From: Lama glama
Taxonomy: Eukaryota
Assembly (NCBI GenBank): GCA_028534125.1
Contig: CM052817.1
Location: forward strand, 12,464,001-12,528,000
DNA: 64,000 bases
Direction: 5' to 3'
Shown: positions 54,331 through 64,000 of the stretch, in pieces
Layout: every line of letters begins with the position of its first letter
Numbering within the stretch: position 1 is the stretch's first letter
Translations under genes and position numbers: made by a program
The notes under the pieces: model-generated
What the model was told of the DNA's origin: nothing
Seen by the model: the letters and a program-made list of their open reading frames with translations, nothing else
The model's database searches: none

Positions 54331-54589
54331 GTTTTGCTTTAATAATTACTGAAAGTAAAAATTTTAAATGTTGGTATCACTTTATATTTCCATCAAAAAT
54401 GTGTGAAGGTTCCAGTTGTTCCACATCTTTGAAAACAGTTGATATTGTCAGTATCATTAAATTTAGTCAGTGTGGTTACATTATCATTTCTCTGAAGACT
54501 AATTTTATGGAGAACATCCTTTTATTCTTATTGGCTACTTGTATATCCTCATTTGTGAAGTGCCTGGAGAAATCTGTTGCCTATTTTTT

Positions 54590-54815
54590 TGTGTGTAAAT
54601 ATATATTTTTTTATTGAAGTATAGTCAGTTTACAATGTTGTGTCAATTTCTAGTGTAGAGCATAATGTTTCACTTATACATGAATATACATATATTCGTT
54701 TTTATATTCTTTTTCACTATAAGTTACTATGAGATATTGAAAACAGTTCCCTGTGCTATACAGTATAAACTTTGTTTATCTATTTTATACATGTTAGTAT
54801 CTACAAATCTTGAAT
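54590..54815 (-). mobile_element. Young L1 3'UTR tail
   Basis: 'ttttttattgaagtatagtcagtttacaatgttgtgtcaa...ccctgtgctatacag...gttagtatctacaaatct'. Confidence 0.88.
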
Positions 54816-56199
54816 GTTGCTTGTTTTTATATCAGCTTCTTTTTTTCCTGTGTAATTTGTCTAAGATATACTTTCTAAAATCTACTCATTGTTTGTGGCT
54901 TGCCCATTTCCTTTATTTTGGTGGAAAACAATTTAATAATTGTCATAAATCAGGTGATTGTACTTTTTGGTTCTGTTTCCTAACTATCTTGCTTCATGAG
55001 TGTTTTGCCTATAACTGGACCATTATCACACTATCTTAATTACTACAGCATGCGTTGTCTTAAGTGAAAATGAGTATCTTCAAACTGGCATTTTATTTAA
55101 GATTTTCTTAACTGTTATTTGTCCTTTTCATTCCCATATAAACCTTAGAATAGACTTACAAATGTTCACAAACACAGACACCCCAGCTAGGATTATGATT
55201 TTATTGTATTGAATCTATGGATCAGCTTGGAATTTACATTACAAAAATACTGAATTTTCCAATACACTAACTTGTATATCACTCCATTCATTCAGGTGAT
55301 TTGAATTCCTTCAATAATTTTGGAGTTTTCAGATTAGATATCTCAGACAAGTTATATTAGATTTCTTCTTATGTGTTTAATACTGTCATTGCAGTTAATG
55401 ATACAGTTTTTTGATTTCAATCTTGCACTTGTTAGTATATAGTAATGTAATGCAATTACTGCCAATAGACTTTTGGATGGATTTATTTAGATTTTTTATG
55501 TACACAAGTGTGTCATCTATGAGTAAGTATAATTCTCCTTCTGCCTTTTGATTATTTCTGTTTACAGTTTTCTTGTTGCTCTTCCTAGGACCTTGCTGCA
55601 ATATTTGAGAAGTTGTAATAGTGGAATTATTTGCCTTCTTCCTACAATGAGGAAGAAGACACTCATTATTTTATTATTAAGTATACTTTGTCAGCACTTC
55701 AAAGACAGTATTCCACTACCTTCTGCCTTCTTTATTGCTGTGGAAAAGTTTGCTGTCAGTTCACTTGTCATTGCTCTGTAAGTATTCTATCCTTGAAAAA
55801 TTGTCTTTTCTTGTATGATTCACACATTCACTAAGACATATCAAAGGGTGAAATTTTTAAGCTTCGGATTAATTGTGCTACCCAAACTTTAAGATTCTTG
55901 TTTTTTATCAAAAAATCCATGTTGTTTATGGAAAACTCTCAGCAATACATTCTTCAAATAGTCCTTTCTTTCCTCAAATTAGTTATTACTGGCTTAGTAA
56001 GAGATCAACTTTTCTAGTAAGAAACAACAAGACCCTTTCATGACAATCAAATTGATATAATGAAATGAATAAAGCAAATATTAACCAATTTTTTAGAAAC
56101 AGTATCACTTTGTCATATTTAATCTAGTTCCCTGGTTTAAATAATATGTATAGGTTTATGTTTCACAAATTTATAATTCTACCACTAACCACTTTTATG

Positions 56200-56870
56200 A
56201 GCATTAGACTCATATCCAAGACCTGATATTTATACTTACATACTTGAAAGTTTAACATTTCCAAAATAAAATTTCTAGATTTCTCCCTCAAAAAAAAGCC
56301 TATTCCTTGGGAATCAATCTTCATTTTATTATTGGTGAAATCACCTACCGAGTAACTCAGGTCAAACTTGTAGGAATTAATTTTAACCCTCCCTTTCCCT
56401 TACCCCCTACATCATCCCATCCACTAAAGCCACGTTGTCTGTACTCATAAAGCAGCCACCTAATTTAGCATTCTTTCCACTGTTCACTGCTACTCCTCTG
56501 GTCCAGACCACCATAGTAACATTCCTGAACTTCTACAATAATTCTTTTATTCTTCTTCTTTTTTCATTCTTGTCTTATTTTAATATCTAGACTAAGGTGA
56601 TCCCTGAGAAAGATACATTAGTTCTTTTTCAGTCTCTCAAGTGCTTCTATCACCTTTGCACTTCAATAAGAATAAAATTCTACTTTTCCTCATGGTCTTC
56701 AAAACCCTATTAGTCTATTCATCTCTCCAGCCCCAACTTACATCACTTTTACACAGTGATTTCTCTTAATAGCACTTCAATTCTTGTTAAACCTTGAAAA
56801 ATACCAAGATTTTTCTTGCTAAAGCACTTTTTCACTTTTCACTTCCTTTGCCTCAGTATTCTTTGTGGGC
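56200..56870 (+). mobile_element. L2 LINE remnant
   Basis: 'ccactgttcactgctactcctctggtccagaccaccat...cctgaacttctacaataa' and other pyrimidine-rich L2-like motifs. Confidence 0.55.
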
Positions 56871-56889
56871 TCTTTATGGTTACTTTTTT

Positions 56890-57710
56890 AAGGCAGTGCT
56901 TAAGGAAGTGTCATGAGGACAGAGGAGAGAGCTTGATGGACTCTCACCACCCATGTCTAGGGTAGTTTGAGCATCAAAAATAATAAAAATAATGGATTAA
57001 AAAATTCATGTGTCCATAAGAAAGAAAGAAACAAGAAGGTAGGAAAGAAGGAAGGAAGGAAAGAAGGGAGAGAAAGAGAGAAAGAAAGAATGAGAGAAAG
57101 AGGTAAAGCTCTTCTTCATAGTACCATGCCAACTAAAAAATGGAGAAGAAATGGTGGAGTTAAAAAATTTATCATTTTTCAACTATAAATGGAAAAATTC
57201 ATTGCATAATTAATCAGAGATGGATGCTAAAGCTGATGGTAAAAGTTTAATAGGGAACATGAGATTTACATAATTTTAATGCATTTTCCCACAAATCACT
57301 TGTCAATTACAAATGGTAAGATAATAATCTTATAGTGAAGAAACCTAGCAAAAATCACCTTAATGAAACTATCAAAGTTATCTTCACCAATCATTAACCT
57401 ATATCATGTACTTCTTTATACAATGCACGAAGAAGAACACAATACTATTTTGGTTTATATACGTAATCTGTCTGCATGCATAATCTGAGTCTCATCATGA
57501 GAAAACATAAGACAAAATCAAACTGAGGAACATTCTACAAAACAAAACAAAACAAAGCAAAATTGGTCTGTACTCTTCAAAAATGTTAATTTCATGTAAT
57601 ACATAGAAGTCTGAGAAACTTCTCCAGATTAAAGGAGATCAAACACATACCAGAAAATGTGGCATCATGTCTACAGTTACTCTGAAATAGCACAGATACA
57701 TGTAAATTGG
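56890..57710 (+). mobile_element. Ancient L1 3'UTR remnant (L1MC-like) containing a (GAAA/GAAG)n tract at ~57018-57100
   Basis: 'tagtgaagaaacctagcaaaaatcaccttaatg...atcaaagtta', 'aactgaggaacattctacaaaa', 'ctccagattaaaggaga'. Confidence 0.65.
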
Positions 57711-59389
57711 ACTAATTATGAATTTCAAAAAAAGGTTATTTTGGACTCAACTCTTAAGATTCTGTCTTAATTCTTTTGAACCACATTTCCCACCTCCACA
57801 TTGTATCTTACCTTTTTTGTGGATAGATTACTAATTCAATGGACCTAGTGCATGGTCTAAGAAAAATTTTTTTCGTTATAAAATGATTGATATGCCAGAG
57901 AAGTAAATCAAAAAATATCTATGTGTTGAAGCCAAACATATGGCAACCACCTGAAAATAGGTCAAGAAAGTAATCACAAGTGTCACTACTGCTGTAAGAA
58001 TTTTAAAGCTATCAGTATTGCCTTCTGGCCTACAAAAATAATGAAGGCTGGGAGAACACTACAGTAAATATTTTGATGAGTTCTCATACAACTTTATAAC
58101 CCTCTTCTGTTTATAACTTCAGAGAAACGGTTTTTGGACTTTTCAATGTTTTTAGTATTTTATCAATTGTAAATGAAATTCAGCTTTTCTATTGGAATTG
58201 CTAAGAGGCTATATTATAGATCTTTGAAAACAGTATTTATTAACTCCACTGACTATTGAACAATGCTAAAGATTTGAATTTTAAAAATATATAAAAAGTG
58301 ATAGTTAAAAGACGTAGTCATCAGAAATTATGTTTTTGTTGTTAAGTTGCTGTGGAAAATATTTAAGGTTAAGAAAAATAAATACCTACTCAATGTCATG
58401 CTATTTTGTTTGTTAAAACATATGTTAAAGACATAGTATAGTATTAACAAAAAAAGTTAATTACTCACCAACTATCTATAGGCTACGAGCTATATGCTAG
58501 GAGTTATGGGTACATATGTGACCTGGCATATGTGGGGCTTTCTAAGCTGAGGACAAGATTGCACTCTAGGGCCTGGAGGAGAAGATGAGCTGCTATATCT
58601 TTATCCTTAAAAGATATCTCAATTTTTCTTTCTAAAATTCAGAATTTTAAGGAAGTTAGGCAAATTGGAAAATTCCTCTAGAGCATCATTCACCATGTTT
58701 TCATAAAACTATTGATGAATTAAGAGTAGGAAAATGAAGCCACATTTGTGTTTATATCATGCTATTTTTCAAACTTTTCAGGTTTGTCAAGATACAGCAC
58801 ATGGCTCTCTAAGCACTTTCCTTCTTTAATTTTTTGATCCAGACATTTTTGCACAGAAATTCAGTTCTTATGGTCTTCATTCCTTTCTACTTACTCTTCA
58901 ACAAGTGACTCTACATAATATATTTGACATTTAACATAAATTTTATTATTTTTTCATAAACACAGGAAGCTGTATTTTGCTAGGTATAAACAAAATACTT
59001 AATTTCAGTTTGACTCCATCAAGTAGTATATATGCTTATGTGCCTATCTGTGTGAATGCTACTTTTGGTAAAACAGATTTGTTTCTGTTCTAAAAAATTT
59101 ACTAATGTAACATGTGAATTGAAGAGAAAGGAAAGAAAGATACACATGACATTCAGCATGAACAAAATAGTCATCCTTGGATAAAAGGCTGAGTGAATAA
59201 CAAGTTTACCACACACATGAATAATGGATTCTTCCCATAATTCTTTTTCTTCCAGTGTTTAAGTTGCATTCCTTGGTACTAAATATTTTATAAATTAATA
59301 TTTCAGGAAAAGTAACATCTAATACTTACTAGAAAACATCTATGTGATTTGTATGTATCACACATTTCTTAATTTTTACATAATCTTGA

Positions 59390-59530
59390 TAATTAAGAAC
59401 AATTATTTACACTATACAAATGAGAAATTTAAAGCATTGTAAGTTTGTGTATCTTCCTTAGTCACACACTTATAATTAAGTGACTGAGCCAGGATTTGTA
59501 CCCTTTCCTTCTGGAGTGCAAAGTCTAGGA
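59390..59530 (-). mobile_element. MIR remnant
   Basis: 'tacaaatgagaaatttaaagc...gtcacacact...aagtgactgagccaggatttgtaccc'. Confidence 0.55.
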
Positions 59531-60714
59531 ATTTTAGAATACCTTATACTTTCTCATTCTATTTGCCATATAAACCATTATTATCTTCCAGTTTATATAA
59601 AAGGAATAAACTAATTTGATTTATCTCAATCTACATTGCACTTTAGTTCACTTATATTAGAAACATATAAAAGATCACCCATTGCTACAATTTTATACTT
59701 CTTTGCATGTCTGTAAGTAGCTTGTGATGGCATCAAAATGGGATTGATTTAAGTATTGTTATTCAGAGTCCTGGCTTTCACATTTAAACACTAGTCTTCT
59801 TTGCCAATGATTCATATCTTGAGGTTCAAGAAATCTATTATTAAATTTATTAACAACACACATAATATCATAAATGCCCAATGGACATTATTGGTAGCGA
59901 GCCAAGTGAGTTAAGTTTATAAATATTCCTCATCTAGAAGTTTCCATAAAAACACATGAAAGGTATTTTCCTATGAAATTCTTATTTAAATGTGGTTAAG
60001 CAGCTAGATACAGAAGTCATCTTGCTAGTAAAACTCAACTTAAGATGTAAAAGCCACTTTTGCTTTTGATTGCAAAAACTTAAAGAACACTTACTTTCAT
60101 TGTCTGTAGAAAATATGAAGCAAATTGTTTCCTGTAGAAAATGAATACCAACTTGGATAAATATGTAGGGGATCTTTTTTTTTTTTTTTTGGCCGATTTT
60201 TCACAAGAGCCTGAAAAACTTCCTTTCCAAAAATAAAATGTTAACCTTATTATTATATTGGAAAATCAGAAAGTGATTCTAAGACACAACTAATCAGATA
60301 TCTCACTGGTGGTGATGACAATGGTGAGGACACAGTTATTGATCTGCTTGCATTGTGCTGACAATGTGAGAGTTTACAGCTGAAAAAAGACTGGGTTTAA
60401 GGTCATCACGTAGTTTAGACAAATAGATGCATAGAAAAGATGATGCAAATCCAGTGTTTAGTCCTTCAGTTCGACCCAAAATTTGGCATCTGCTGCTGGA
60501 TTCCAACATTTTTCTTTGTGGCTGAATAATGTGTTAGATAAAAGTTACAGATAGATACCATTCAGTTAAACTTTAGAATGATTAATTAAGGAAATGAAGC
60601 TATTATGAAATAAGAAATAAGCCACTGAGGGCATACACACCACCTCTAAGAATGGCTGTATATTTTTAACTACCTCCATAGCCCTATTACAGCACCAATT
60701 GCAATGTATTTTCA

Positions 60715-63490
60715 TGATTTTTATTTCTGCCTGCTGTTACCTGTCCATTTCTGAGAGAGAAGTGTTGAGGTATTCAGCTTGATAATGGGGTCATCTGTTT
60801 CCCCTTGCAGTTGTATGAGTTTTTGCCTCATGTAATTTGATGCTCCAGTGTTAGGATACACACATTAAGAATTGCTATGTCTGCGTGGAGAAGTGACCTC
60901 TTTACCATTACATTGTGCCCTACTTTATCCTTTATAACTTCTCTTACTTTAAATTAATATAGCTACTCCTGTTTATTTTGCTTAGTATTATCATGGTATG
61001 TATTTCTCTACCCATTTACTTTGTATGTGTGTGTATGTGTGTGTGTGTTGATCTCTTACCCAGGTAATTTTTCTTTTCGTTTTTTTTTTCTACCCATTTA
61101 CTTTTAATCTATATGTATCTTTATATTTAAAGTGGGTTTCCTACAGAAAATGTATAGTTGGGTCGTGTTTTTTGATCTACTCTGACAATCTCTGTCTTTC
61201 AGTCAGTGCATTTTTAGATCATTGACATTCAAAGGGATTACTGATACGCTTGGATTAATGTCTACCATATTCATTATTTTTTTTATTTGTTGCTCTTGTT
61301 CTTTGTTCTTATTTTTGTCTTCTTCTGTTTTTTTGCCTTTTGTGGTTCTGATTAAGCAATTTATATTATTTCATGATTTCTGCTTTCTTAGCCTATCAGT
61401 TATGCATTTTAAAACTTTTTTTAGTGGTTGCCCTGCAATTTGCAATATACATTTACAACTAACCCAAGTCTACTTTTAAGTAACAATATACCACTTCATG
61501 GGTAGTGGGAATACTTTATAATAACAAGATGATTTTAATTCCTTTCTCCTGTCCCTTGTAACATCACTTCACTTGTATATAGGCATACTTAGGCAGTTAT
61601 AGGAATATATATGATATACATATATACACACACATACACAATCAAATATAGTGTCACTATTTTCATTTTGAACAAAATGTTATCTATTAGATCAATTAAG
61701 AACAAGAAAAATAATTTTTAAAATTTTACCTTTACTTATTCCTTCTTCAATATTTTTCCTTTAGGTAGATTGGAGTTTCTGATCTATAATATTTTTCTTC
61801 TCTCAAAAGAACTTGTTTTAACATTACTTCCAAGAAAGGTCTACTAGCAACAAATCCCTCAGTTTTTATTTGTCTGAGAAAGTCTTTATTTCTCCTTCAC
61901 TTTTGAAGGCTAATTTTTCAGAGTATAGAATTCTAAGCTGGTATTTTGCTTTATTTTGCTTTTTTCCTCAACACTTTAAATATTTTATTTCACTCTCTTC
62001 TTGCTTGCATGGTTTTCTGAGGAAAGGATGGATGTAATGCTCATCTCTGTTCCTCTGTTGGTAAGATGTTTTTGTTCCTCTGAATTCTTTTAGAATTTTT
62101 TTTCTTTTTATTTGCTTTCCCATTATTTGAAAATGATGTGCTGAGGTGTGGTTCTTTGACATTTATCCTGTTTGCTCGGTATTCTCTGAGCTTCCCAGAT
62201 CCATGGCTTGGTGTCTGACATTAATTTACAGAAATTCTTGGTCGTTATTGTTTTAAATATTTCTGTTCCTTACTCTTTCTTCTCCTTCTGGTATTCCCAT
62301 TACATTTATGTTACATCTTTCGTGGTTGTCCCAGTTCTTAGACTTTTCTGTTCTACTTTTTTAGTCTTTGTTCTCTTTGCTTTTCTGTTTTCGAGGATTC
62401 TTTTGATATATCCTCTAGGTCAAAGATGTTTCCTCAGTCATGTTCACTCTACTAATACATCTATCAAAGGCATTCTTTCATTTCTGTTATGATATTTTTA
62501 TCTGTTATTTATTTTTGGTTCTTTGTTATGATTTCTATCTCCTCTCTTTATATTGCCCATCTGTTCTTCTACTTTATCTGTTAGAGCTCTTAGCCTATTC
62601 ATGACAGTTGATTTAAATTTCCAATCTGATGATTCCAACGTCCCTGCTATGTCTGGTTCTGATGCTTGCGCTATCTCTTCAAATTGTGTTTTTTGTCCTT
62701 TAGTATGCATTATAATTTTTTTCTTGATAGCCAGACATGACGTATTGTTGTAAATGGCACTTTAGGAAGTCAGTGGTAAGGTGTAGGGGGAGTAGAAATA
62801 TTCTATAGTCCTGTGATTACATATCAGTCTTTTAGTGTGCTTATACTTCCTGACTGTTTACTTTGCAGGTTTTTTCTCAGTTTTTTCTCCCTCCTTTGGT
62901 GGGACAGGATGGCTAGAGTGGTCTAGAAGTTAGCTATTTTCCTTACCCAGGTCACTTAGGTTCTGATAATACCCCAGCAGGTTAGGCTCTGGTTAAATAG
63001 TTGCCCTTGAGGGTAGAACTTGTTAAGAAGAACATGGTACTCTGGAATATTCCAAACTAGTTTCCTTTTTCCTCCCTATGTTGGAGACCTGAGGGAATTT
63101 TTCTCAGATATTTATTGCGGAAACTTGGTAGAACCCTTTGGGAGCAAATCTCATAGTATTGTGGGGTCCCTTCCACAACTGGATCCTCCTGGAATTTTTA
63201 ACTCTCTGAGTTATCCATACTCAACCTCCAGCAATTTGTCAATTACAGTGTAGATGTTTCCTACCCAGAACAGGTTCCCTTGAAGATTTCTGTTTGTGAG
63301 TCTCTGCTTCAGTAAGTCGTAACTCCCTCTATGTGGTGTCTGTCTCCTCAGCCTTGAGGGTTGTGGCTTTCCCTGTGTCCCTCTCCTCATGAATCCAAGA
63401 AAATTGTTGATCTTCATGCTGTTCAGTTTTTTACTTGTTAGGACAAGATGGCAACTTCCAAACTCCTTACACGCAGAGCCAGTAACCAAA
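60715..63490 (-). mobile_element. Old L1 5' half (5'UTR, ORF1, start of ORF2), disabled
   Basis: ORF 62498-62710 (QFEEIAQASEPDIAGTLESSDWKFKSTVMNRLRALTDKVEEQMGNIKR) resembles the L1 ORF1p N-terminus/coiled coil. ORF1 3' motifs at 61780-62100 and endonuclease-like sequence at 60740-61250. Confidence 0.85.
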
Positions 63491-64000
63491 GTCTATTTCC
63501 CACTTATAGATCTCTTTACTAAGACTGTGATTTTTCAAAGCACAATGATCCTGTTTTATTCCACTCTGCATCCTTCAGTGGTTCAAGTGTCATGGAAGGC
63601 CATCACCTATGAAAGTGTTGTGAATTAAGAATATTTAATTATCATTAAAGTATTTAAGTTATTAAATCACTAGTATACTTTCTTCCTTCTGCTCATCACA
63701 CATTGTGAAATCAATTTCAATAGGACCTATCTGGGATGCAGGTGAAAATTTCCTCTTTGAATGGCATGCGAGAGTAGATGAACAAAAAGCACTCTAGAAT
63801 ATTACAGTGAGAACTGCCAAAGATGAACTCTTCCAGAAAAGTGACAAAACGCTGGCAAAAAAATGTCAAAATTTTGGTTGACTTCTTGAATGTAGTGTAT
63901 GCCAGGATAAAATGCAATGGCATCTTTAAAGTATTGAAAAAATATTCTCAATATTGAATTCTATACCTAGTGAAAATAGCCTTCAAAAACAGAGGTGGAA

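Larger units (their letters stand above)
53280..55960 (-). mobile_element. Ancient L1 remnants, interrupted by a MaLR LTR and a young L1 tail
   Basis: Degraded antisense L1 3'UTR/ORF2 motifs ('ttctatcattcagcataat', 'ttgtattgaatctatggatcagcttgg'). Confidence 0.65.

Noticed and set aside
1..64000. L1 strand bias as a sign of a host transcription unit; CRISPR, prokaryotic systems or NUMTs
   Set aside because: L1s occur on both strands with no consistent bias. I saw no repeat-spacer arrays, operon-like ORFs or mitochondrial sequence.

Overview
AT-rich, CpG-depleted mammalian DNA, most likely from a camelid: it carries a tRNA-derived SINE resembling the tylopod vic-1 family and many young L1 3' tails of one type. 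I found no intact protein-coding gene or RNA gene; the ORF track consists of spurious ORFs, LINE-1 remnants and pseudogene pieces. The one recognisable host-gene sequence is a degraded, intron-less DDX10 retrocopy on the minus strand (~24902-26112). The rest is mostly interspersed repeat (old and young L1, L2, MIR, MaLR/ERV solo LTRs, a Tigger-like and a hAT-like DNA element), plus a few repeat-poor blocks that could be regulatory. I see no clear new biological system. The most unusual structures are: (i) a ~520-bp insert in which an L1 5' end is joined directly to an L1 3'-UTR tail at a splice-like junction, with extra non-L1 sequence upstream; (ii) the tail-less DDX10 retrocopy, apparently flanked by a target-site duplication (TSD); (iii) an L1 tail nested inside a copy of its own family; (iv) an intact solo LTR with a perfect 5-bp TSD and a terminal hairpin. 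Repeat names and old-repeat boundaries come from recall, not a database search, and are approximate.
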